Translations under genes and position numbers: made by a program | The notes under the pieces: generated by a model | What the model saw: only the letters and a program-made list of their open reading frames with translations | Databases searched by the model: none | What the model was told of the DNA's origin: nothing | NCBI RefSeq assembly: GCF_009914755.1 | Contig: NC_060940.1 | Direction: 5' to 3' (one strand) | DNA from: the human T2T-CHM13v2.0 reference genome, Homo sapiens | DNA: 64,000 bases | Shown: positions 1 to 15,463 of the stretch, in pieces | Numbering within the stretch: the stretch's first letter is position 1 | Layout: every line of letters starts with the position of its first letter

Positions 1-262
1 ATTGCCCAGTCTGAAGTGCAGTGGCGTGGTCTCAGCTCACTGCAACCTTCACCTACTAGGTTCAAGGGATCCTCCTGCCTCAGCCTCCTGAGTGGCTTAG
101 GACTACAGGCATATGCCACCACACCTGGCTAATTTTTGTATTTTTAGTAGAGATGGGGTTTCACCATGTTGGCCAGGCTGGCCTTGAACTCCTGACCGCA
201 GGTGATCTCTCTGCCTCGGCCTCCCAAAGTGCTGGGATTACAGGCATGAGCCACTGAGCCCA
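1..262 (-). mobile_element. Alu (cut by window edge)
   Basis: Reverse-complement Alu body ending ctcccaaagtgctgggattacaggcatgagccac. Confidence 0.95.
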
Positions 263-802
263 GTTGGGTTTTCTTTTTCTTCATGAAGATGTTGGAAAAG
301 CTGTTTTTATTGATATATGGCATCTAGATCCACTCATCACCCACAGGGTTCATGAGAAAATGGAAAGCAAATGCCTGCTGGAGCGCTGACGTCACATTCA
401 ACAGGCCAAGGCACACATGCTCCCGTGTCATACAAGTGACTTGGTTACGGCCGAGAGCATCCAACCCACAGCAATGCTCAGCCGCAATCACTGTGAGAAT
501 CTCCCTCGAATCGGAACCGTGGAGAAGATGGGACCTTCCCCAGAGAGTCAGTGACTTCCTGCAGGCAAGCTGGGACCGTCTCTCGGCCCCTCCCAGTCCT
601 CCATGGCTCCGTCTGTGGTCACTGTCCCTGCTCTGCGTGGAGTGAAGGCGTGCGTGCCGAGTGTGAGCGAGGCTTCTTCTCAGCCCTGGCGTCCACAGGC
701 ACCATTCCGGCTCATCTCCCAGCAATCCCGAGAGGTCTCTTCCTTATCACCACCGCACTGAAGAGGAAAACTCTCACTTAGAGGAATTAAGTGTGTGTTT
801 GC

Positions 803-978
803 TCTTTCTTTTCTTTTTTTTTTTTTTTTTTTGAGACAGTGTCTCATTCTGTCACCCTGGTTGGAGTGCAGTGGCATCATCACAGCTCACTGCAGCCTCT
901 AACTCCTGGGCTCAAGCGATCTTCCTGCCTCAGCTGTCTGAGTGGCTAGGACTACAGGCATGAGCCACTGCACCTGGC
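803..978 (-). mobile_element. Alu monomer (FRAM/FAM-like)
   Basis: Poly-T followed by a single right-arm-like monomer. Confidence 0.85.
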
Positions 979-1224
979 TGCAGTTTCTTCACAGTCGCAA
1001 AGCCAAGGCTTGAGAAGGGTCTTGCTTCAAGTTGCGCCCCTGCCCGCCGTGGTCCGCCTCCCCTCCGCGACGCTGACAGTGGCGTCCTCATGTCTAATGC
1101 TTACTCCTTGGTTTCCTTCTTGACCTCTCCTTCCTTCACTCGGGCAGTATCTGTCCCCCACATTATGCAATGTCAGGGCCCTTAGGATGAGGACCTCTCA
1201 CTGCTGGTCATTTCAAGAACCCAA

Positions 1225-1527
1225 GGCCAGGCACAGTGGCTCATGACTGTAATCCCAGCATTTTAAGAGGCCAAGGCAGGAGGATGGTATAACCCCAGGA
1301 GTTGGCAACCATCCTGGGCAATATAGCAAAAAAAAAAAAATTTAAAAATTAGCTAGGCATAGTGGCACATGCCTGTGGTCCTAGCTACTCAGCAGGTTGA
1401 CTTGGGAGGATCACTTGAGCCTGAGAGTTTCGAGCTGCAGTGAGCTAAGATCATACCACTGGTACTCTAGCCTGGGCAACAGAGCGAGATCCCATCTCTT
1501 TAAAAAAAAAAAAAAAAAAAAAAAGAA
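1225..1527 (+). mobile_element. Alu (AluJ-like)
   Basis: ggccaggcacagtggctca start, dimer, A-tail. Confidence 0.95.
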
Positions 1528-2483
1528 GCCAACACTTGGGTGTAGAAAGGGTTCCCTTTGAGCTATGACTTCAGGACCAAAGCCCTGGCCTTTGACATCA
1601 CTATCATTTCCTGGTAGGTCGTTACAGTACACAGGTTATGTTACATTAGATAAGAATTTTCCAGCTATGACCTAGGAGATGACTTAAGGTCACAGAGGAC
1701 ACACATGCTAAGGGCAGGAAATAAACCCTTCGTGGGCGCTGCCCTGGTTCTACACAGTTCTGCTCGGGCTTCTGACTTCAGTCCTTCGCCTGGCTCTGCA
1801 GAGCTGCATCGCTCCATGTGTTTAATTAAAGAATTAAAAAGCCAAAAAGAAACTGTTAATTACTACATGCCAGGCACCATGCTCGACACTTGGGAAATAT
1901 TTAAGTTATTTAACACTCAGTCTCTGAATGCAAAGAGCTCCCAGGAAGACGCATAAGAAACAAAGATTTAAGATCGTGTATGTTACAGCCAAGTGGGACA
2001 GACTGAAGGGACTGAGAATTTGGAGACGAGGGAACAGCGTTATCAGCTGCGGAGGCACGGGAAGGCGTGGTGGAGCTGAACGGTGAATGCAGACAGGAGT
2101 TCAGGGGAAAGAGAAGCCATGAGTATCTCAAGTGAGCAGCAGCAGGAACAGGACACACGTGAAAATCTACGCATGCTCCTTCAGGGAACGTTTCCTGAAC
2201 ACCTTTTCTCTAATGTATTGGTCCTTGGCATGAAACTCCTTTTACTACATGAGCATTCCCCCAAAAGGTGTGACCACATTAGCCCTGCAAGGTGCAGCTT
2301 GAAAAAAAACAATTGTGCTCAAAGAGGCCTGAGAATGCTGTATATACCGCGTCCTCCTCTGAAGGCCTAGCTACTGTCTACTAGCCTAGTGAAGGCTCCG
2401 AGAAGTCCTGCAGTAAAGAAACCCTTTCTGTGTTGAATATCCCAAGCTTCCCGAATTTACTTTACCACTGAGCGCCCTCCTCC

Positions 2484-2778
2484 CTTTTTTTGGAGACAGG
2501 ACAAGGTCTCACTCTGTGGCCTAAGCTGGAGTGCAGTGGCAAAATCATAGCTCATGCAGCCTAAATTCCTGGGCTCAAGTGATCCTCTTGGCTCAGCCTC
2601 CCAAGTAGCTGGGACCGCAGGCACAGGCCACCAAGCCCAGTTAATTTTTAAAATTTTTTTGTAGAGATGATGTCTTGCTATGATGACCAGGCTGGTCTGG
2701 AAATCCTAGCCTCAGGCATCCCTCCCACCTCGGCCGCCCACAGCACCAGGATTACAGGCGTGAGCCACCATGCCCGGC
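2484..2778 (-). mobile_element. Alu (AluJ-like)
   Basis: Antisense diverged Alu dimer. Confidence 0.93.
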
Positions 2779-3344
2779 CTTCTGTCAACTTGATAGATCA
2801 CAAGATTCTCAGAAACTTTCAACAATATTTGGAAAATCTCCACATGCCAAGAAGATACGCTAAATGGTTTTTGCTCATTCCGACCAAAACAAATATATAT
2901 GACTAGAGTGCAATGTAGTGTAGAATCGCCATTGCTAAAACCGTGGTCACTAAACCCGTGAGCATGTGATATGGTGAACTCTGCGACCGCATCCCCTAAC
3001 GGACAGAAACACACATATGTGGAAGCTAAAATGGCAAACACAACGAATTATATATTTTTGGCTCGGGGCTGTCTTTCACGACTTAAATACAGCTCAGTTT
3101 GCAGGCTGGAGGAAACAATTCTTCCCCAAATAGCAAAACCATTCCCGATTCCACCCCACGCCAGCCCCTCCCTGCCCGGGTCCGCTGTCTAGGAGCCCAG
3201 AGCTCCATTTTCTGACTCCTGCACAACGTCAGCCCAGGCAAGGCGGCTGTCTCTAAAGTTTGCAGGCATCCAGGGAATCTCAGATACATGAGCTTTACAC
3301 ATGTGCCAAGAGTACAGGGAAGAGAGGGTCCAACACCACTGTCC

Positions 3345-3569
3345 CGGTGGTTTTCACCCAGGGGTGACTCTGCACCCCCAGGGGACACTGGGCCATGTCT
3401 GGAGACATTTTTGGTTGGCACAGCTGGGGAGTAGGGTACGGGTGGGTATGCTGCCATCTGGCAGGTGGCGGCTAGGGATGCTGCCAGCCATCTGACAGTG
3501 CACAGGACAGCCCCACAACACATGACTACCTGGTCCAAAATGCCAGCGGTGCCAAGGTGAGAAGCCCTG
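3345..3569 (+). mobile_element. MER20 hAT-Charlie DNA transposon (near full length)
   Basis: Matches recalled MER20 consensus (ggggtgactctgcacccccaggggacac...atgtctggagacatttttggttg...gcacaggacagcccc...gagaagccctg); imperfect TIRs. Confidence 0.85.
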
Positions 3570-5260
3570 CATTACACTAACAAAGCACCCAACGACCGCG
3601 ATCCACGAGCGGAGTTGACAGAACCCGAGTGCAATCATTACGTGTAACTGGGCGACAGGCACTATGTATTCTGACCCAGTAAGTAATCTGCATACCCCAG
3701 CTGACTGCCACATAATGAAGACTGTTCCTCGTAAATACCAATAGCGGCTTTCAAACCTGTGAATGAATGTGGAGAGGCAGGGACGTATTGGGTGAAGCTG
3801 TAACCACTGGCCGCCATCCTCACACATACCCCACTGTGTTATCTGAGAACACAAAGCAGCATAGGAGAGCTGTTTTGATTCTCTGTCTCATTTTAAGAAT
3901 GGAGACAGTAGATGTTTAAACTATAAAAATAAACAGAAGGTACCAGTGGGGAAACTAAATCAAATGTGAAAGCAAAGGAACAGCTCATAAACTGAAATGA
4001 TTTCACACACCCAAGGTCGACCGCGCCAATTCCCTGGTAGTTTATGATGACAGGTCAGTCCAGAAACGGGCACTTCTAGGCAGCTACCAGGAGATCCCGG
4101 TTCCAATAATGAAATACTACAATGTTCTCGGCAGCCTGTCCTCTCAGTGAGCTGTGTCCTAGGATTCACCCACACCAACATCATTTCAAGTAATCATAAA
4201 ATAGTGGATTTCAAGAGACGTAGAAGTATTTGAGAAAGTGGTCTCTGAAATCAGATTATCAACTAGCTCTCCACCCAAGGTGCCAAGGAAAGCCACCTTT
4301 ACTGTCATTTATCACCAGCTTCTAGAAATCCCAAAAGGCACCACAGGTCCCAGGAAGAGAAAATAACTAATAATTCAAATGAGAAGCATCCTTGTGCAAT
4401 GGAAAGGCAATGGAGGTGCGTCATATGTCAAAAAGCAAGGATGTTAAAAATGCAGAATGCTACTAACTTTAGACTAAATATTAAAATCGTGAAAACCAAA
4501 TCGAAGGTCATTCCAAGTTGTTTGCCTCAGACCTGGAGGCTGCTTATTATTTCACGTGCTCTACTGCAGAATTAATAGAAAGTTTTAGAAGTAGGAAAAA
4601 AAAAACAAAAAAACTAACCTTAAGGTTATCAAAGGTTTTGACAGTCTGCGCCAAGTCACTGACATTCCCTGATGACGCTGTCCCCTGTCCCCTAGGGCCT
4701 GAGGACACCTGTGAGCCGTCAATGACCTCAAAGCCAGAAAGCAAGGCCTCTGCACAGCTGCAGCGAGACTCCTTGGCTCTCTGACCCGATATCAGGTATG
4801 TCTTCAAACCTATGATGGATAAAAGTTACAGTCAGCACAGATTGAAAGCACCGTCTGTTGAAACGCAGCTCCGTCTTGCTCTCTGGAGAGGACTCACTCC
4901 TGGAAAGTTGAGAGTAAAGTGAAAATGTGAATAGGTCATAGTTTACGACGGACGTCCACGATCTCTCCAGAGAGATGCGGCCTCAGGGAGACCGTGGGCC
5001 CCCGAGACACACCACTCACCCACGTTACGTTTTCTTGGAGTAATGGCTGCATGTTTCATGTTTTACCTTCAGGGTTAAAATAAGCATTAAAAAGTTCCTC
5101 CATGAAAGGGTCCCAGGACCTCCCTGTGAAGGCAGCAAAGCAGATTGGTTGACCCTAGACACTGCTTTGGTTTATTTCCATCTGTGAATACCAGTCCAGT
5201 GAGTACCTTCCTAACGGTCAGTCTAGACGTCATGGCAGCTTCCGGTACTGACCATCTTAC

Positions 5261-5272
5261 CTGTGTCAGAGG
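5261..5272 (-). other. Candidate 12-nt microexon (CCTCTGACACAG)
   Basis: Minus strand: TTTTGCAG|exon|GTAAGA. A competing AG lies 8 nt upstream of the acceptor. Confidence 0.2.
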
Positions 5273-5818
5273 CTGCAAAACTACCCCGAAAAACAAGACC
5301 CTACCAGGGACCAAGAGGCCATTAAAACCTCCCCAGACTCAGAGCTGTTGAGCATCTATTTCCTGTTGGATTCAAACACTCACCCCAGGAACATTCAGCT
5401 TTTGTTAAGCTGAGGTCCACATGCATTTTATTGTCTCACAAAATCCCGCATATAGAAAAAAAAAAAAAGGTGGTCAAAAGGACACTTGACCTGTATCTTT
5501 ACAATTCTCCTTTGAGGCTGAGCTAACAGCCGGACCCACACTGCGCTGGAAGGAGCTGTGAACAGGTGGGTGGATCCTGCCCCGGGAATCTGCTGGGAAG
5601 ATGGCAAAGGAGCAGCTTTTCTAGAAAGAGCCCAAGGAATTTTTGAAAAAGAAGCAAACTTTATTTAAAGAAATCCATCCTTTGACTTCACTGGAATTTA
5701 ACCAGATGGCAAATGTATCGGAAGGAGGGACAATGTAATTTAACATTTAAATAACATTTATTTCAGGCCTAGTGTATGCCACACACCGAGAATAAAATCA
5801 TGAACAAAGCAGGGTCCC

Positions 5819-6341
<523 letters not shown>

Positions 6342-6503
6342 TAAAAATACTACGTGGCTAATCTTTTTAAGTCAACTGTTCTGAGAATTTGCCAAGAGTC
6401 CTAGAAACACGTAAAGACAGCCTAGAACGTAGCCAGGTCATAGCTGAGAATCAAAAGACTTAGATATTTTTAGATGCCAACTGGCCCCAAGAAACTCTTC
6501 ATG

Positions 6504-6832
<329 letters not shown>

Positions 6833-7753
6833 TGAACTTTTGTGCATTTTTTTCTCCAACAAAAACCCACATCCCAATTTATGCACAGGATCAATCACGA
6901 CTGTAACATGTATACACTGAAATGGAAACGTGAACTGGAATACGACGCAGGAGTGAAGCCATCTTTATACTAATTTCTCGGACCTGTCCCAGGCGACACC
7001 AGACTGACTTTGTAACTTCACTTTGCCAGAGTTAAAAAATGCAACCTATGTGGACTCAAGAGAGGACAATGAGCTGCCAGGGCTTATACCCGCCTTCATC
7101 AAAGAAGTACACGCAAGGAGGCCTGTCCTGGGGCTGCTCTAAGGGTCTCCTTCCCATGACTCCTGAGTGTGGCCCACAAGTCACCAGGTGGCAGGGTGGT
7201 GACAGGAGCCACTGACAGCCAGTGTGACTGTGGATGGCCACTCTGGAGACCGCAGTCCCCACATACTGAGAGAGGAGGGACATTTTTTTGATGGGAGGTA
7301 GGAAAAGTTGCGGCTGAAGGATGAGGTTTTCCATTATGTCTGTGGCTGGCCCTGCAAGGTGCTGTTGGCTCAGGGTGCCCCTGCCTGAGGCTACGGCTCC
7401 CCATGCACAAGGGCTGCCCTGGGAGCATGAACTGGGCTGCCTCTGAAACCCAGGAAGGGGCCCTCACCCAGGTGACTGCGCACCTGCTCCCTGTGTGGCT
7501 CCGGGACTGCAAGAGAAAGTCAAGATGGCCTCTCCTAGAAGTGCATGGCAACTGAAGCTGAGAGAGGCTGAGCAGGGAGGCCTGAAGAGCTGGAGCACGA
7601 CGGGACAGCCAGCACATTCACAGCGCTCAGCACGGCAGTCCACGGGGAGCACGGAGTGGCAGCGGCGGCCTCTGCTCACAAGCTGGGCACGTGCCTCAAG
7701 CACATCTCCAACGTCTGCTGTTGCTTTTTTGTACTGGGATTACTGAGTCACTC

Positions 7754-7985
7754 TTAATTCATCAAACATTTATTAAGCACTTCCTGTTTACTACACACTG
7801 ATGGGTGCAGGGACGATGTGTGACTATTTTGGCCGAGATCGTGACCTGTGTGGAGCCCATTACCTGAAGAGGGGCCAAGAGGACAAGCAGGTATGACTAT
7901 GGTCAGGCGTGCCAAGTCCCAGGACAAGGAAGGACGGGTGCTCCAGGAAGCACAGGAGGGGGCATCTTGAGAAGCCTCAGGAAGG
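7754..7985 (-). mobile_element. L2 3'-end relic
   Basis: attcatcaaacatttattaagcacttcctg is a typical antisense L2 terminus. Confidence 0.55.
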
Positions 7986-7992
7986 AAGGGGC

Positions 7993-8326
7993 TGTGGCTC
8001 GAATGTGTCCCCTCCAAAGTTCAGGCGTTGTGGAGTGAGAGTCTTAAGGAAGCAGGGCTTTAAGAGGTGACGAGGCCAGGAGGGCTCCTCCCCTGCGATG
8101 GGATCAGGCGCCTGCATAAAGGGGCTTGCTGTAAGGGGCTCTCTCGCTTGCCCTCCAGTTTCCTTCTCCCTTCCAGAAGATGCAGCCCTCCCCAGACACC
8201 TGAACCTGCTGGTGCCTTGATCTTGGACTTCCCAGCCTCCTGAAGCATGAGGACAGAAATTTCCGTGCTGTATACATTACCCAGCCTATGCTGTTCTGTT
8301 ATTGCTTCACAAGCAGATGGAGACGG
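7993..8326 (+). mobile_element. MaLR solo LTR (MST/MLT1A-type)
   Basis: tgtggctcgaatgtgtcccctccaaa...ctgctggtgccttgatcttggacttcccagcctcc...attacccagc. Confidence 0.8.
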
Positions 8327-8891
8327 ACGGATCAGCACCCTCCACACGGAGAACTGAAAGACGGGGCGAGGTCAGCCCGGCAATAGCAAACCAGGCCAGG
8401 GGCGGGGGTGGCTGACACCAGGCAGGGGGGTTACTAGAACAGGTCATGAAAGGCCCTCTACAGAGGTGGCCTGCAGCAGGCATAGCTAAAGGATGGCTTG
8501 GAGCTCAGTGTGGCTGGAGCAGAGAACGTGTGGAGGGAATGGCCAGGGCTGAGCCACAGCACCTGTGCAGGGCACTGTGTGGGCCATCCTGGGAAGCCTC
8601 CATTCTGGGGCCACGGGCAGCAGGGGGGCGGGAGGAGAAAGAAGAGCCACATAGGAGGCATGAGGCGTAGGACAAGCCAGGGAGCCGGTGGAAATGCCAG
8701 CCACAGCGGGTGGGAAGTTGGGAGGCACGGGAGTCAGGAAATAACAGTGGAAACGGGAAACCTACTCCCCACAAACTGCTGGCGAGAGGCAAGGCTCCCA
8801 TTACAAGCAACCAAGCGTGATGGGCGAGGGCCTGGCTGCTGGAGGGGGCCTCGGAGTCGAGTCCAGGTCCGCCCCCTAATCCCGTGATCTA

Positions 8892-9147
8892 AGTGAGCTG
8901 CTTCATCTCTGCCTCTCAGTTTCCTCATCTCTAAGGGGAGGGCAGGAGCAGAGCTAGTGAGCTGCTTCATCGCTGCCTCTCAGTTTCCTCATCTCTAAGG
9001 GGAGGACAGGAGCAGGGCTAGTGAGCTGTTTCATCGCTGCCTCTCAGTTTCCTCATCTCTAAGGGGAGGACAGGAGCAGGGCTAGTGAGCTGCTTCATCG
9101 CTGCCTCTCAGTTTCCTCATCTCTAAGGCGAGGGCAGGAGGAGGGCT
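8892..9147 (+). repeat. 64-bp minisatellite x4 derived from a MIR core
   Basis: Units start at 8892, 8956, 9020 and 9084 (agtgagctgcttcatcgctgcctctcagtttcctcatctctaaggggaggacaggagcagggct). MIR continues to ~9220 (tgtgaggcttaaatga). Confidence 0.93.
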
Positions 9148-10218
9148 TACCGCACGGCTCGCATGTGAGGCTTAAATGATCAACACGCACGCAGCAAGCA
9201 CTCGACATTAGCTGTGATTATCGACGCAGTGTTTGATCTGCGTATCACTGGAATCTTTTTCATGCACCTTCTACATACAAAAGCATTTGCAAAACTGTTA
9301 AATCAATAATTGCTCCTGATTTGTTTCTGACTTGAGTTTTTCTTTAGGAAGCGCTGAATGACCAACCCATAGTGATAACATGATCCTACTAGCTTTACGA
9401 AGGTCAAACACACCTCCGTGTCCACAACGAGCAAAATCGGGAAGTAAATTATCTTTTTATTTATGCTTCAATATGGAAAGCTAAATTTAAAGTGAAACCT
9501 TTTGTCAGAACCAGAAGGGTTATCACCCTGACAGGTAAGGCAGAGCCCAGCTGCCTAATCACAAACGCCTGAGAAATACATCAGGACAGGTTACTGAGTT
9601 CAAGCCCAGCGAAAGTCTTAAGTCAGGAGACTCTGCAGGCGACATGATTTAATGAATAACCACACACATGGACCCTGGGTTCCAAGTTCATTAGAATGGC
9701 TCTTTTGCAGCAGAAGGTCCAAAAAAAAAAAAAAAAGACAGCTAAATGATTTAAGTGTAGTGTAAACAGGAGAATAATTAATATGATTTCTTATATTCTT
9801 TCCTGGTTATCCATTGATTTTAAACCTCAACAACAGCAATGTCTTTTATCAGCTTAATTTTACAAAGGCTACAGAGAGGGGTGGGCATTTCCTAATGGGC
9901 TCCTGTCTGACGGGGGAATTTGTCTATGGCTGTGTGCGTGGAGGTTAACGCAGTTAACGTTCTTAAGTATTCTTAAGTATAGTGTCACTTCTTTGAAAAC
10001 TAAAACTGCACTTTGCACATAGTGGTGATCAGGTTTGGTGACCCAAGTATAGGAAGAGTGACTGACAAAGCCCATTTTGGAAAAGAGTGATGGGCGAGGC
10101 CCATTTCTGGCCTCATTTGTCCCAGTCTCTTTCTGTGGGATTCTTGCCTTGGACTGAGATACCCTCAGCCACCAAGAATCAAGGACCTGACTGCCAACTC
10201 AACAGAAAGAGAACAACA

Positions 10219-10801
<583 letters not shown>

Positions 10802-10805
10802 TTAC

Positions 10806-10816
10806 GTCACTTATGA
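10806..10816 (-). other. Candidate 11-nt microexon (TCATAAGTGAC)
   Basis: Minus strand: GCTGATTGCCTCTTTTCTGTTTATTGTTTTAAG|exon|GTAAGC. Confidence 0.3.
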
Positions 10817-11285
10817 CTTAAAACAATAAACAGAAAAGAGGCAATCAGCTTGGGCTGGTTCAGAAACATTCCAAAAACGTCTTTCACTTTGCATTGCATT
10901 CTTCCTCACGACTAGGTCGGAAACGACCAAGCGGCATGAGAGTTATTTAAACTAAACTGTAATCAGCCAATAAGAAAAATAAAGATAAAAATACTCTTAA
11001 TCTACCAAATAGCCAAAGCCTATGGAGTCATAGATATATTTTATAATTATCTATTCTTTCTGCGTAAGAAGAACAAAAGTTTTGGTACAAAAGAGAGAAT
11101 ATCTTTCATATGTTAACATTAAAATGCTCTCCGGAGGGTTGTAAGTCCTTCCTACTCATATGCACCATAAATAATCATAAGAACTGATTTGTTCTTGTTG
11201 TCCCAATATTTGATGATAAATCTCAAGTTCCTACTACAAATGGCTGCTGGTGAAACTTAACCTCTTCTTAACAAATGAAGTCCCA

Positions 11286-11589
<304 letters not shown>

Positions 11590-11697
11590 GAAGTCCCAAA
11601 TAATAAAATATGAGATGGATTTATGGAAGAAAGTGAAAGAAACAAAGGGTAGGCACCTTGCCTGTTTAATTTGATCTTCTGCTTAACCAAAAAAAAA

Positions 11698-11996
<299 letters not shown>

Positions 11997-12190
11997 AGAA
12001 AATAAAATTTTAGAGCATGTGCACGCATTCTCTCTCTCTCTCTCCCTCCCGCTTCCCCACCCCTGCTTCTAAACAGGTACCTTCTATACCCAGCTTCCCT
12101 CTCTCTCCCAGTAATGGCTAAACAGCTGCCATCACAGCCAAATGGGAATGACAGGCATCCCCTGAGTGACCACATTCCCCTGTTTTGGCC

Positions 12191-12492
12191 TTTTTTTTTT
12201 TTTTTTTTTTTTGAGACAGAGTCTCGCTGTGTGGCCCAGGCTGGAGTGCAGTGGCTCCCTCAGCTCACTGCAAGCTCTGCCTCCCGGGTTCACGCCATTC
12301 TCCTGCCTCAGCCTCCCGAGCAGCTGGGACTACAGGCACCCACCACTATGCCTGGCTAATTTTTTTTGTATTTTTAGTAGAGATGGGGTTTCACCGTGTT
12401 AGCCAGGATGGTCTCGATCTCCTGACCTCATGATCCGCCCACCTCAGCCTCCCAAAGTGCTGGGATTACAGGCGTGAGCGACCGTGCCTGGC
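12191..12492 (-). mobile_element. Alu (AluY-like)
   Basis: gcaagctc, ttcacgccattc and gttagccaggatgg diagnostics. Confidence 0.95.
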
Positions 12493-12690
12493 TTGGCTTC
12501 TTATCTTCTGTATTCCGAGTTAATAAATGCCCCACTGCTAAATGCTACATTCCAGAATGCTAACATAGGGAGAGTCCAGGAGTCCACACACTTCAGAGAC
12601 CTTCGCCTCCCACCTCTAAGAAACCTCTTGAATTAGGGTTTACTAGCACGAGCCTTCACAAAGACTGTAGAAATGAGTCTCTGAGAGACG

Positions 12691-12725
12691 ACACCCAGCA
12701 CACCCAGCACACCCAGCACACCAGC
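12691..12725. repeat. 9-bp tandem repeat (acacccagc)x~3.8
   Basis: Direct reading. Confidence 0.85.
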
Positions 12726-12813
12726 GAACAGCCCACCAGGTGCTATCGCTGTCATTCATTTGCTCATTCGCTCGTTCATGCACCCAGCAGACTAAATGTT
12801 TACTGAGTACTTA

Positions 12814-13453
<640 letters not shown>

Positions 13454-13944
13454 TCAGAAGCAACAAATGGCACTTCAACAATGAGTTGCAGACAACAAAA
13501 TGGAAATGAAGGTCTGCAATAACTATTAAGAATCCTGTAACAGAGCAGAGTTTAAATAATGGGAAGAGGCTATGAAACAAGAGAGCTGGGGAAAGATACC
13601 AGAACTGAAACAGACCACCAGCTGATCACCTTTTATTTGTGAAATGACAGCACCAAATGCACCAGATGCCACAGACGGGAGGGAGGGGGATAGGTCACGT
13701 CGGCAGAGGGAGGGGGTCAGGTCACACCTGCAGCAGGGACGGGGGTCCCAGACCGTGTTCTTGTCCCTAGAGAGCTAACAGCTCATCCGTAGGTTTCTAA
13801 GAGGTGCTGATTCAAGCACACAGTGTAGATGATGAAAAATAGATTATAGAAAGAAGAGAAAGGAAAAACTAAATTTAAAATCTGAGACTAGGTAGCCACT
13901 AAATACTTGAAAACAAAAAAAGGGAATACACTGAAAATGGAAAT

Positions 13945-14255
13945 AAAGCTGTATGATGTTTAGTTAAAGAAGCCAGTCCCAAAAGGCCACGAACTAGGTG
14001 ATCCCCTTTATATGAAATGTCTGGCATAGGGAGATCTGTAGACACAGAAAGCAGATGAGTGGCTGCCATGGGTTTAGGAGAGAGAGGGTGTAACTGCTAA
14101 CGGATGCAGGGTTACTTTTTGGGGTGACGAAAATGTAAAATTACGTTGTGGTGATGGTTGCACAACACCATGAATACACTAAAAACCACCAAATCATACA
14201 CTTGAGAGGGTGAATTGCATCATATGTGAATTATACTTCAATAAAGCTGTTTTTT
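13945..14255 (+). mobile_element. L1MB-type 3' end
   Basis: aagaagccagtcccaaaaggccac...gtggtgatggttgcacaac...tgtgaattatacttcaataaa. Confidence 0.85.
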
Positions 14256-14271
14256 TGAAAAAGAAAAGGAA

Positions 14272-14420
14272 GCTGGGTGTGGTGGTGCATTTCTGTGATC
14301 TCAGCTACTTGGGAGGCTGAGGCAGGAGGACTGCTTGAGCCCAGGAAATGAAGGCTGCAGTGAGCTATGACTGTGTCACTATGCTCCAGCCTAGGTGATA
14401 GGGTGAGACCCTGTCTCAAA
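14272..14420 (+). mobile_element. Alu right monomer (FRAM/AluJ-like)
   Basis: Single arm. Confidence 0.85.
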
Positions 14421-14616
14421 TATAATAATAATATTAATAATACAATAAAATAAACTAAATACAGTAATGTGAACATCAACAAGGTGCAATAATTCTGAGA
14501 TTTAGAGAAGAAATAAAATAAAGCTGGGAAGAAATACACCCTCCCTGAGAATACAAGGTAGAGTGAGCAGTAGCAGGTAAATGAAAAATATTAAAGGCTT
14601 AGAAATAGATAATGTG

Positions 14617-14929
<313 letters not shown>

Positions 14930-15463
14930 CTAGGGCAGAAAAACATGCAAGTCAAGAATAAGGCCAAATAACCTTGAAGAACTAAAAATTCAACATAGCA
15001 AAAGTTCAGAAGTCTGGGAGAGATTAAATAAAACAAAACAAAAGAAAATTTGACCTTCATGAAATAGCTCCAAGAATCATCCAATTTGCAGCTCTCACTA
15101 TTGTAGTCCAACCTAAAAACGCCGGGCCGACACCCACATTGTCTTCTTCGAGCACAAACACACTTCTCCTGCAGCAGGTGTAGCCCGCACAGCATGGTGA
15201 GCCCAGCCACACCCGCACGCCAGACGCTTGGCCACAGAAACGCAGAAGCGGCCACTGTCCTTGCCTGGAACACAGATGGGCCTTTTCATCCAGGAGGAGA
15301 TTTACTTGCAAAGGCATTTTCTTCTGACCCACAGGTGGTTATACCTGCACTGACACCTCCTGTGGGCATCTTCAGCTGGAAGAAAGGCCACCGAGGCTGC
15401 GGAGCCACCTCGCCTGTAAACATCATATCATGCAAAGGAAAAGCTCTAAGTTGCGGAATATTC

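Noticed and set aside
1030-1090. CpG-rich patch as a CpG island or promoter
   Set aside because: Only ~60 bp, far below island length.
9509-9534. 26-nt plus-strand exon candidate ending CAG|GTAAGG
   Set aside because: Modest acceptor and isolated; compatible with a chance pseudo-exon.
14973-15013. 41-nt minus-strand exon candidate with a strong acceptor
   Set aside because: The donor AAG|GTTATT is poor and there is no supporting evidence.
15055-15112. 58-nt minus-strand exon candidate (LDYNSESCKLDDSWSYFMK)
   Set aside because: Weak donor (AAG|GTCAAA) and short pyrimidine tract. It would break the frame of the microexon chain, which is noted as a selection caveat for that finding.
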